NCBI RefSeq assembly: GCF_036321535.1
Contig: NC_087437.1
Coordinates: 10,108,001 to 10,172,000, forward strand
DNA from: Camelus dromedarius
Taxonomy: Eukaryota
Direction: 5' to 3'
DNA length: 64,000 nucleotides
The notes under the pieces are model-generated. The model was not told where the DNA came from and made no database searches. It saw only the letters and a list, made by a program, of their open reading frames with translations. A program made the translations under genes and the position numbers. Shown piece by piece: positions 1 to 11,223 of this stretch; within the stretch, counting starts at the first letter, position 1; each line of letters opens with the position of its first letter.

Positions 1-70
1 AACTAATGCATAATCATTAGTCTGCACACAGATATGAATGCATACTCCTGGAAGAAACACTATTATTCAT

Positions 71-626
71 TGTGGTAGCTTGTCTTCTAGATGGCCCCCC
101 AATGAACCATGCCTTCCAGTGTTCATGCATTCATGGAGTACTTTTCCACATTGAATCTGAGCTAGTCCTCTGAAACAAAACAAACAAACAATGCAGCACG
201 CAGGGTGCTTTGTGACTTCTGAACTATGTTATAAGAAGCTTTGTAGCTCTTCTTTGGATTCTTAGAACACTCACTCTTGAGTCCCAAGCTACTATGTAAG
301 CAGTCTGCCTCTTCTGCTGGAGAGACCACATTGAGAAGGCTTGGAACTAATGTAGGAGAGAGACCAAGCTGAGACCCATCTTTTAGCTGACCCTCCCAAG
401 CTACCAGACAAGGTGGGACCCCCAAATAAGTGAAGCCTTCTTGGACTATCCAAAACCATCCCAGCTATGAGCTGCAAATGACTGAGTGACACCAAGGGTC
501 CTACACCTTGCCAAGATCCACTCAGTTCTTGACTTATAAATTGTGAGCATAAATAAAGTGGCTTTTGTAGGTTTTGAACTAGTAGGTTTGGCACAGTTTG
601 TTATACACAAGTTGATACCTGGAACA
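71..626 (+). mobile_element. MaLR solo LTR (MLT1-type)
   Basis: TG...CA termini (tgtggtag...ggaaca), 5-bp TSD TTCAT at 66-70 and 627-631, AATAAA followed by an MLT1-like 3' end (gtttgttatacacaag...aca). Confidence 0.85.
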
Positions 627-679
627 TTCATTTATATGATTCCCCAACATGACATAATAACTTGTTATAACAATCGTCA

Positions 680-912
680 ACATTTACTAACTGTTGGTAT
701 ATATATGCTATGCAGCACGTATCATTATTTAATTTCTTCCTCGCATTAATGTGAGCACCTGTGAAATATGTAACATAATGATTGCTGTTTGATACATGAG
801 AAAGTTTAGACACAGTGATATTAATTAAATTGCCCAAAGTCAGATGGATAGTAAAGTAGTAGAAACAAGGTCTTATCTAGGAAGTATCACAAACCTTGAT
901 TTCTAACCACAC
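680..912 (-). mobile_element. MIR SINE relic
   Basis: Degenerate reverse-strand MIR core (catgagaaagtttagacac...aattaaattgcccaaagtca...ctaaccacacta). Confidence 0.55.
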
Positions 913-1192
913 TAATTAAAAGTTGGGGAAAACCTAGAGCTTTGGTTTCCTAGGGGGGTGCTTTTTTCACCTAGCAAGTCTATGGAAACCAGGCAGCCAG
1001 TTTATATGCTTTTTGATAAATGTTACAATGTTGGCGTTTGTGCAAAGAAACAGGCGTGAAATTAAATTACAACTATTAAAGGAATGGCCGGTTTCAACCA
1101 GTTGAGGATCTGGTTCCTTAAGTCTTTGAGATGTTAGAAGAAGGCAAGCAGCCAAAAGAGTTAATGCAAAACAAAATGATATTGCCAGTTGG

Positions 1193-1221
1193 CAAAAAAA
1201 AAAAAAAAAAAAAAAAAAAAA
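1193..1221 (+). repeat. poly(A) tract
   Basis: Uninterrupted run of ~29 A. Confidence 0.95.
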
Positions 1222-1769
1222 TAGTATTTACAACAAAGACAACCCCTACTTGCCAGTTCAAGAAAAAACAGCAGAATTGAGAAGAATTATGAAGCTACTT
1301 TTCCTTTCTGGGTAGACTTGTCACTAGGGCCTGATTTAGCTGAGTATGAAATTTGATTACATAATTGACCAAGGTTTTGACAAGGATGGTACCTCAGGTA
1401 TAATTACCTTTATGTCCAACAAGTAGGCAAAAGTTTTTCTGGTTGTTTATAAATAATAAACATTGTAAATCTAAGAAGGGAGCAGGGAATCTAAGATTTA
1501 CAGGTAATATGGAAATGATAGGTTTTCTTCTATAGGCTGTGGCTGATGGCAGGAGGTGTTCTGATTTTTGTCCACAAATGGTCTTGAAAGGAAAGCCCCT
1601 GACCCAGGGGTCCATCTAATTTTGCCATTGAGAGGCCTCAAATCAGTGTGTAGGTCACTGCTTGGAAGGAACTTCAGAGAATAATAGGTCAATCAAAAGC
1701 ATGGTTGAGAATGCCTTCAGTTACAGCAAGCAAACCAAACCGACGGACAGCTGACAGAATAACTGGTCT

Positions 1770-2120
1770 CTCCTCCTCAAAAATGTCAGCCTGATAAAAA
1801 TCAAGGAAAGACTGAGGAATTCTTCTGGATGAAAAAAAAACTAAAAAGACATGACAATCAAAAGCAACATGGTATCCTGAAGTGAACCTTGAACCAGAAA
1901 AGGAAATTCTATTCCTCTGTTGCTTAATAAGACATCAGTGGAACAATCAGTGATTTTCTGATACCATAGATAAGATAACAATATGCTATCAAAAGTAATT
2001 TCCTGATTTCGATTGTGATTTTGATTGTATTGCAAATGTTTTTAGGAAATACATACTGAAGTGTTGATGGGTAAAAAGACATTGACTTTCTCTTAAATTG
2101 CTCAGGGAAAAAAAGATCTT
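1770..2120 (+). mobile_element. Old L1 3' UTR fragment (L1MC-type)
   Basis: ctcctcaaaaatgtc...aaggaaagactgaggaa...gacatgacaatcaaaagcaacatggtatcctg resembles recalled L1MC 3' ends. Confidence 0.65.
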
Positions 2121-2124
2121 TACT

Positions 2125-3900
2125 GCACCTGGAATTTATTTTTGCACATAATGTAAGATGGGAGTCTAATATTTTTTCTTCCATATGCATAGATCACTGA
2201 GTCAGCACATTTTATCAAATAATTTATCCTTTCCCACTAAGTTACAATATTGCCTTTGTCATATATTCACCTATATAATTCAAATCTATTTCTGGAATGT
2301 GTATTTTGTTCCATTCACTCCTATGCCAGTATCATTGCAATGTGACTTTGTAGTGTGTTTTAATATCTTGGAAGGCAAGATACTCACCTTTTCCATGTAT
2401 CTTTTCATGTATATATATAGATATGCACACATGTATCCATAGTGTAATTGATATTACATGTGTGTACATATTAATGTATATATTCATGTGTGTATATTCA
2501 TGTGTGTATGTATTTATATGTGTATGTGTGTTTAGCTGTGTGTGCATACATTTTGTATATATATTTTTTATACACATACTGTATATGTGAAAATGTGTAT
2601 ATTGCTATGCTTGGGCATTTCCCCAAAATAACCTTGTAATTCTAACTGCATGCATTGAATTTATGTATTAATTTTGAAGGAATTAAAAATTTTATATTAT
2701 ACTGTTTTTTTATCATCCAAGAAACTATAATATTTTACCATTTAGCTCTTGATTTTATCCTTACATTAAATTTTATAATTTTCTTCATGTAAGTCTTCTG
2801 TCTTTCCTGTTAATTCCCCATATGGTATGATTTTATTGTTCTTATAAAGAGAATACTCTGAGTCTATTTCTAAACACTGATGGCTAGAATAGAGAAAATG
2901 TGTTTATTGCCACCTTACCAAATTCACTTACTTGTTTTAGTAGTTTTTTACTCTGTTTTCTAAACTTGCAGTCAAATCATAGCAAATAAGATGGTGTTAC
3001 ATCAATCAAATGTTGGCCCAAAAAATCCAAATTATCTTTTTTTTTCAGTTTTTGTTTTAGTTTCCCTTCATTTCTTGTGTTGCTTCATTTTCTTGGACCT
3101 CTAAATTAATATTGAATAAAAATAATGAAAGTTTTTTTCCTATCTAATCCTGACTTTAATTATTTTAATTTCCGTTTAATTGATTCAGCAGTTAGGATTA
3201 CATTTGCCTTTGTTTTTTGGTAAACAGATTTTCATTACATTTGGTTTCCTTCTAATACTCCTTTACTTTAGTTTTAATAGGAAAGGCTGCTGGATATTAA
3301 GTATTTTTTAGCAGCTTTTGATGTTATTATACCTCTAATAGGATTATGATGATAATTTTCCTGAAGTTAGAAACCATTATTTTTCTATATATTAATATTA
3401 CCTTGCTATGACAGTTTAAATGTTGATCAATTACTGGATTCTGCACACTGATTTTATGCAGAAGCTTTGCCTTTATGCTTGTATGACATGTTTCCTTCTT
3501 TAGACTATAGTTTCTTTATCAATTTCATCATTAATATGATGCCACTTTTATGAATAAAATGGGGTAATTTCTATCTTATACTAGAGGATTACCATAAATA
3601 AAATTGGGATAATCTATTTTTAAAGATTAGATACAACTTAGTTTTGAAATCTATCAAAATGGGTGCTTTTTTCAAGGCTAAATGTCATAACTTCCACCAC
3701 TTTTAATCAATTATTCAGTTGTCTATTTTCTCTTGGAATAATTTGGTAATTTATAATTTTCTGAGAAAGTATCATATTTGTCTAGTTTTTCAAAATTTCA
3801 AAATTGCTGCCAAGACTCTTCTTGTAGTCAGAAAGGTTTTTTCTATTGCTTTATCCATGGTTGTTCTTTTCCATCTTGTATTTTTATAATTTTGCTTTCT
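2125..3900 (-). mobile_element. Highly decayed old L1 ORF2 region (L1ME-type), interrupted by TA/TG low-complexity sequence at ~2400-2600
   Basis: T-rich antisense L1 motifs (cagcacattttatcaaataatttatcctttcccac; tattttgttccattc; ggctgctggatatt). Confidence 0.6.
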
Positions 3901-3944
3901 CATCGTTTTCTATAGACTCTTTTCATTTTTACATTTTTAAATAA

Positions 3945-4220
3945 GCTTTTTTTAAAAACAATTTTTGAGTTACAGAAAAATTGCAAAGATAGTGCATAGC
4001 TTCAGTGTCTCTTGACGTTACCCTCTTACATTTACCATGGCATATTTGACAAAACTAAGAAACCAGCTCTGGTACATTATTAACTAAACTCCAGGCTTAA
4101 ATCACATTTTACCAGCTTTTACATCAGATTCCACTTTTTAATTACCGAAGTCCAATCCAGTATCCCACATTTGCCTTAGCTGTTACGTCGCCTTAGTCGG
4201 CTCAGGTCTGTAACAGTTTC
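3945..4220 (-). mobile_element. L1MC-type 3' end fragment
   Basis: ttacagaaaaattgcaaagatagtgc...catggcatatttgacaaaactaagaaacc...taactaaactccag. Confidence 0.65.
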
Positions 4221-4352
4221 TTTATTTTATCAATAAGGACCCACCTAACCCCAACCTTCAGTTGAACCCTTCTTAATTATATAATATCATAGACCCTAAA
4301 CACCACAGGAAACATTAGTCCAAGGAAGAGAAGTATAAACACTAAGAATAAG

Positions 4353-4879
4353 TGTGACATGAACACTGCCACCACCACTGAAGTGGAGGGAAGGGGGCAG
4401 GCACAGCCGCTGAAGGACTGACACAGCAGCGAGCACAGGCCAGACTGGTCAGAACCAAGATGGTGGAAGAGTCGACTTCCAGTTGACCTTGAGCCTCATG
4501 GCACAGCCACAGGGCCGTGGCAGCTCCTAGGATGACCATAAAAGGTCCAAAAAAAAAATGGGCAGTGGGGGCGTTTCCTGGAGATCCTCACCCTTTCCCC
4601 AAAGTAGTTGGAATAATCCCCTTACTTCTTAGTATATGAAATTACCGAGCCCATGAATCCAGCACCTCCACACCTCGTGGTCTCTCTCTCTCTCACCTTC
4701 TGAGACGGCCCGCACTCTGTCTACGGAGTGTGTGTCTCCTAAGCCATTTTCCCTCCTGAGTGAGACAGACCCCACTCTCTGTGAAGTGTGTATCTCTCTA
4801 AATAAACTTGCTTTCACTTTACCATGCCTTACTCTTGAATTCTTTCCTGTGTGAGGCAAGACCCTATTCCCCCACAACA
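4353..4879 (+). mobile_element. ERV1-class solo LTR
   Basis: ccaagatgg motif, AATAAA at ~4801, CA terminus. Aligns by eye to the reverse complement of 23610-24106 (gaccataaaagg...ttggaa...gagtgtgt.tctc...aataaa...cttgaattctttcct). Confidence 0.75.
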
Positions 4880-4899
4880 ATACTACTACTATTACAAAT

Positions 4900-5130
4900 A
4901 ATAGTAATAATACAATATGCAATAAAACTTATTGCATACTTAGTGTCTGACAGTAACTTTCCCAATCCCTTTGCTTAGGAAAACACTTGTATTTCACACT
5001 TTCTTTCGGTTGGGGAAATAGAAGTGTGGAGAGAATTAAGCAACCTGCCCCAAAGGACCCAGCTAGAAAGTGTGGAATTTGAACCTGACTCAGTCTGACA
5101 AGGGGCGCATCCTCATCTTCATGTGCTCTA
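4900..5130 (-). mobile_element. MIR SINE relic
   Basis: gagagaattaagcaacctgccccaaaggacccagctagaaagtgtggaatttgaacctgactcagtctgac, reverse-strand MIR core. Confidence 0.7.
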
Positions 5131-5874
5131 GTTTTGTGGTCATCACGACTTTCAATCCACACTTTCTTGATGCTCTGACGACCTTCACTAGGAGCAAGCA
5201 ATGTGATTTGCATTGCTAGTAAGAGCTAACTTGAATTTTTCTTCTGCTTCCACTGCTAATCAATTAGGCCAAAACACAGCTTCTGAGCCTGGATATCCCC
5301 CTGTGTGAAACAGCGGAGGTTGCTAGCTGATCTCCAAAGCTCCCTTCTACCTTTAACGCATGTCATCGAGGGTGAATGCAGTAAATAAATCTCTGTTGGT
5401 GAATCATGATGCTAAAAAAATACAATTTTGACCATAAACAAGAAGAAGTAATATGAAAAATATATTACATTAAAAAAAAATCTTTCTTTCCTAGGAAATG
5501 AAACCCTATGCGTGATGAACTCTACCTTTATTTCCTAGGTTCTAACCATCCTTGCTGCACTTCATCGATGAGCCATAAAGCTGTAACCCCCTAGTGAAGG
5601 ATGAAACGCTCAGAGTGAAATTCAGTGTGGTATTTACACTCTTAAAATCAGATGCCATTCCGTCATCATAATGGGGCAGGCTAAGTTCAGAGAGGGAGGG
5701 TACGACTGAGGCGATTTTCAGACAGGTTTACCAAAAGCTCTCAATGAGAGGCTGGAATTCAGAATCAGATCAACTTAAATGATAATTTGACATCCCTAGA
5801 GATGGTGCTTATTCTGTGAAAAGAATGAGTATGTTATGTGATTTCTTCTTCTCTAAGAACTGAGCACAGAATCT

Positions 5875-5995
5875 GAAGAAAGAGAAGGAGGAAGGAAGGG
5901 GAAGAGGAAGAGGAGGAGAAGGAAAAAAGAGGCTGAAGAAAGACGAAGGAGGAAGAAGAGGAGGAAGGGGCGGGAGAGGAAGGAAGAAGGAAGAT
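5875..5995 (+). repeat. GA-rich polypurine low-complexity tract
   Basis: ~120 bp almost entirely A/G (gaaggaggaaggaagggg...). Confidence 0.9.
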
Positions 5996-7037
5996 GTACC
6001 GCTGTCTCCGCAGTTGGGGTGCTGTTTCACACAGGTTAGTCCTAAACTGGAGATAAAATAACTAATTCTCTGTTGCTCTCCCCGCTTCTTACAGATGCCA
6101 AGCTACTAATGGAGAGAGCTGCACTATTTAACACTTAGAGAAAACGAAGAGAAAAAAATATTCAAATACATGTGCAGACACACACATTTAACGCATGTTT
6201 GATGAGAAAAGAATTTCTAGAACTGTGTCCCAAGCTGTCATCGCTATGAAGTTGTCCATCATCCATGGGGTAATGGGAGAAGGCAGAGTCTGCCAAGTTT
6301 CCCCATTTCAGGTCTTTTCCTCAGACCTAGAGATTCTCTGTAACTGTAAATTAAGACATGTGTCAGGAGCACCGAAAACAAACGTGAAATGTTCGCTTTT
6401 GAGATGTCTCTTCCCATTTTAAGAAAAGAATGTCGAAGTCCTTTCTCAGTGTGTCTCACTGCTCCAGTAAGACATAGGAAGAATCCCCTGTGGGAAAAAA
6501 AAAAAAAAAAAAAAAAACAAGTAGCAGTGTCATTATTCATTTAGGAATAAGAACATTCATTTTCTTTTATGGGGCTGATGCCAGCAGGGGTTAGCTCAGA
6601 GTGGATTAGAAATAAGTTCTGAGGGCAAGAGGCAGAAAGCACAACAAAAGGTCAATCTGGGGCCTTAAATATTTAAAGTTATATGATTGAAAACACCACA
6701 AAGTGTTTTCACCTTGCGGTGTTTTCAGCCCTAAGTGCATGTCTACAAGAAGCAAATACATCCAAGCATATTGATCTGTTTCCCTTCCCCTGATGAATCA
6801 TTTTTACTAGATTACCTAAGTACATTCGTTCAGCAAACATGATTTGGGAATCTACAATACTGATCAAAGCCATAGGTATGATAAACCAAACATAGATTTT
6901 TTTCCCTGGCATATTCATACAAGAGAGGAACAGAACTTAGCTAACCACACGCTAAGATCGGTAACAGCTATCGTGTAGTGACTGCTTACAGCATGTCAGG
7001 CAAGTAGGTACTCATATTATCTCTGTTTTAAAGATGA

Positions 7038-7200
7038 GATATATTCAATACCTTGTAATAGGCTACAATGAAAAAGAATATAAAAGGAATATATGTATGT
7101 ATATGTATAAGTGAATCACTATGCTGTACACCAGAAATTGACACAACATTGTAAACTGACTGTACTACAATTTTTAAAAGATGAAAAAAAATTTTTAAAT
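7038..7200 (+). mobile_element. Short 5'-truncated young L1 3' terminus inserted into a MIR
   Basis: tatattcaataccttgtaata...tgctgtacaccagaaattgacacaacattgtaaactgac plus A-rich tail. AAAGATGA flanks both sides, and the MIR 'ttttaaagatga...gaaactg' is split by the insert. Confidence 0.85.
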
Positions 7201-8822
7201 AAAGATGAAGAAACTGGGACTAAAAAAAAGCAACTGTTCCCACATGTATATACTATTAAAAAACTGGCATGTACACTTCAACTTTAATTTCCACTTTTAA
7301 CGGTTGTGCAAAAGGTTTGTATCTTCAGAGAACAAGCAAGCATTATGTGAGTTTAGATAAAAGGGAAATTTGCAGCTGGAAGGATCAGAAACGATTTCCT
7401 GGAAGAAGTAGCATTCAGCCAGGTAAGGGTTGACTCTTTGGAGGAGGGGCTACCGTGTCGATCATTGCAGGTGAAGCAATTACACCTGCCTGTTTCATTT
7501 AGAAATGCAAGAATCTGCTGCTGGTACAGGAATTTTTTTATCACATCCTCCCGGGGGTGGGTCTCAGAGCCATCTATATGTTGTAGATTCATTCAGAAAT
7601 TAGGAGCTCGTTCCCGTCTTCTCCCCTCCTCTGCCAGCATCCCCGGGTGGCAAGTCATGCCACATTGGGAGTCCCTGTTGCTGCTAGCCATGTTCAAGCA
7701 TGCTGGGCCTGAGCGGAGGGCAGGGCATCTTGCTATCACAGTAACATGCATGATGGACCACGGCAGGGAGCAGGACTGCCAAGACCACAACAGAGGGGCA
7801 GGCTCAGGGCAGTGACAGGAAATCTCTTAGCCACTAAACGTCCAGCCAACTGTATAGTACCATACTTCACCCTCCCACCATCCCTCAGTACCTACTGTTT
7901 TCCTTAAAACACGTGAGCTAATGCAGATACTAAAATGGTAAATAACCTTGCCCAGGCTTACCCAGAGAGTACAGAGGTTTGAATTAGGATCTGTCTGATA
8001 AGAACACCTAGGGCTGGTACCGCAGCCCAGCCAGGGTCTCCATTAGGTCTTACCACAAGGGCAAAGGAAAAAGCAAACACATGGTGGCTGTTTGCAAGAA
8101 TGTGTCTGTCTTACTTGATGAACAGTTTGGTATAATTCTTTTATCAAAAATACCTTACCCATCTCTAGCTTTAAATCCACTGTAAGATAATAATGAAAAG
8201 TAAAATAAAGGACATTCAAAGATGGAGAGGGCAATAATGAGCCAGAGGAGAGAGGGAGACACGCCGTCAGTGGGAGAAATGCTTGGGAATGAACACTGAG
8301 GGCTTGCCTAAGAAAACCTCATCCCTTTGTGGACTTAATCCCTTAAGGACAGTCCAATCAGGAAAGCACTCTGAGTGCAATGGAATAAGATGCTTATTAT
8401 AGAAGTTGGAGCTTAGACAAGTGTTGGAAGGCCTGGAGAGAGAAATTTACAAAGAAAGGAGAAAAACACCAGCAAAGGGGCAGGGGAGCAAGTTTCAGTT
8501 TTCAGAGATACCTGGAAAGCTTGGCATAAGCTGCTGGTGGGTTCATAGCAAAGTGTCTTCTGGGGGGTGGGGTCAGGGCTGGACACATCGCTGGCCTTAA
8601 GAAGAGCTGGGCACTCAGCAGGATGACCTGGAACCTCGCTCCATCTCTCACCACCTCCCATCATCTCCACCTGCCAGAATCCTTAACCTCGTGATGGGGG
8701 CTGCTTTCCTTAGGCTCCCAAAATCTCAGACCTGTTCCAGTCCAACACCCTCCTGGGATGGGGCTGTGGGAAATGTAAGTCTCACCAAAGCCAAGTCGAC
8801 AAAGGAAAGCTGGTTAGCAAAG

Positions 8823-9026
8823 CAGGGCTGCAGGCTCAGTCCAAGCCATCCTCTGCTTTTGTAAATAAACTTTTCTGGAACACAGTCAAGCTCGTTTATT
8901 TATGTAAGGTCTTTGGTTTCTTGTGCACTGCAGTTCCAGAGTAAGTAGCTGCGACAAGACCAGGAGACTCACAAAGCCTCAAATATTTACTCTCTGGCCC
9001 TCTAAGGAACAAATTCGTTAACCCTG
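8823..9026 (+). mobile_element. hAT-Charlie MITE, MER58A-like
   Basis: caggg...ccctg termini. Internal ttttgtaaataaacttt.ctggaacacagtca and gcctcaaatatttactctctggccct match recalled MER58A. Confidence 0.8.
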
Positions 9027-9509
9027 CAAGAGAGCAATCTGGAAGAACCTTCATCACACCTGCAATGGCTCATTCAGGGGCAGACTTCCCCGCAGTGAAC
9101 CGAAAACTCCTCATGGGCAGGGAGCGTGTCTGTCTTGTTCCCACTGAATGTGGTTCAGAGCCTGGGGGAAGGGGACACTCAATACATGTGCTCCAGAGAC
9201 AGCAAGTCTGACTTGAGGTGGTAGAAATCTGAACAGGACTCTCTGAGGAGCAGGTGTGTTTAGAGTCTAGGCAGGCAGACAGCGTGGGGAAACTCTGCTC
9301 AGAGGGGGCCCCCCCACCTCATAGGCAGGGCCCAGGAACAGCACTCCAGCGCTTTGGAGGGGAAACTGACGGTGGCAAAAGAGGACTCCAGCCACAGAGA
9401 GATCGGGATGCTGAGCAAGTCTGACCGCGGCATTTCCCATGGAGAGGAGGAAGGCAGAGGCTAACGGAGACCCAGCCCATCAGGCCCCCCCAGGTTGCAG
9501 CAGTCTCGC

Positions 9510-9714
9510 CTTTGGGGGCACTTGGGCTGGAAGCGCAGCTTCATTGCTCACTGGCTGTGCCCCCCTTGGCAGCTGCTTCACCTCTCTGGGTCCGTTTCCT
9601 CCCTGAAAACCTGAAATAATAGTTCTCACCTCCCAGGACAGTTTCAAAGATAACCTGAGATAATGCTTCCTATACAATCAGAACAAACTAAAACATGAGG
9701 CTCTCAATAAATGG
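9510..9714 (+). mobile_element. MIR SINE relic
   Basis: ctggctgtgccccccttggcagctgcttcacctctctgggtccgtttcctccctg...ctcaataaatgg. Confidence 0.7.
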
Positions 9715-10135
9715 TCATTCACTCATTTGTACACTTATTCAAATATTTATTGAGCACTTTGAGTCCAGGTACGGGGTGGAGCGCTGAGAATACAAATTAT
9801 GTCAAGTCCCTGTCCTCATGAAGCTTCCATTCTAATTTGGATGAAGCCAAAAATAAATATCCAAATGAGTAAACACTCAGTCTTTCAGAAAACTGTAAAC
9901 TCCATCACTGAGAATAAAGCCAGGTTAAAGACACAGGGGTGCCTCCATGTAAGTATGTGCATGCATGGGTGTGACGGCGGTGCAGCGAAGGGAGTCACCC
10001 TCCTATATAAGATGGATGGAAGAGTCCATTGATAAGTTGACACTTGATTGGAGACCTGAAGGCAGCATGCAAGTATCTAGAGATGAAGTATTCTTAGTGG
10101 AGGGATCCGCACATGCAAGTAACAAGAAGGCCCAC
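9715..10135 (-). mobile_element. L2 3' end fragment
   Basis: tcattcactcatt...aatatttattgagcac...gtccctgtcctcatgaagcttccattctaa. Confidence 0.75.
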
Positions 10136-11223
10136 TAGTTTGGCAAGTTAACAACCACAGCCCCTGTTTTCTAATGTTGATGGTAGCTCCTAGCTTTCAG
10201 ATAGATGTACTTGATCAGTAGATCTGCCTAACGCTAGACGTGTGCCTAGATTTGGGAGGGAGGGAAAGGGGTTACAAATGGTTGCAAGCTTGGGAAGCCG
10301 GCAATGACCAATATTTGATCTAAATATTGCTCAAATATTCCAAGTATTGGTCCAAATAAGTCCTGAAACTAAAAGTTATTTACTTAGAGTTCTAAAATAT
10401 AAATTGCTAATTTACCTAAAATATCAGCTCCAGCAACCTAATCACTTTCTCTAACGCAATTGTTGAGTGCTTACAATATGTCAAGGAATTTCCTGCTGCA
10501 AAAGCAGGGGATGGTTGTGTTAGGCTCCTTGAAGGCTGGAAACCCCAGACTCAGGGATGCTTCCAAGTGAGGAAATACACGTTTTCCACTAAAATTAAAA
10601 TATTCCCTTTCCTACAGTCCCCAGGCTAGTGTATATAATTTAATCTCATTTGTATTTAGTAGGTGGTTAGAAAAACCTCTAATAATAATTTTATTATTAT
10701 TATTTTTAACTTTGGCTCCAGAACATTGGCACTCGACTGTTAAACTGATGTTCCCAGATTCTTCTGAGACAAGCAAAATATGCATCCTGGCAGTTTTATG
10801 TGAGTTTATGGCCTCCTTTACTTTAATGATCCATTAAATTACATCACTCGCAGTCAAAACTGCACTACAGAATCCCTCTAGCAATGCTCATGGGTCCAAC
10901 CCTGTCCTTGCGGAACTCCAGGAGAAAAGATTCTAGAATTCTTTGCTATACTGTCACCAGGTGGTCAATGGAACTTCCAATTACTCTGACCTACCCCATA
11001 AAGCTCAATGGACTGCAAATTGTTTTTGGTCACTCCAAAAATCCAAAGGAAACAAACTAATATCCTCAAAATTTTATAACCTAACTTTTAAAATGTTGTC
11101 ATTGCCATTTCTAGCCTAAATCCCTCATGCTCTATTGATCTAGTCAATAAACACAGAAAGCATCTAAAATAAATGAGGCTTTAATTTCAGTGCTTAAAAA
11201 TATTAACTTATTTAATCTGTGAT

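Noticed and set aside
7329..7422. AG...GTAAGG-bounded 94-bp exon candidate
   Set aside because: The body resembles antisense L2 (gatcagaaacgatttcctggaagaagtagcatt) and has no coding support; such sites occur by chance
10954..10968. CTCF site (tcaccaggtggtc)
   Set aside because: Only a partial match to the core; cannot be supported without matrix scoring
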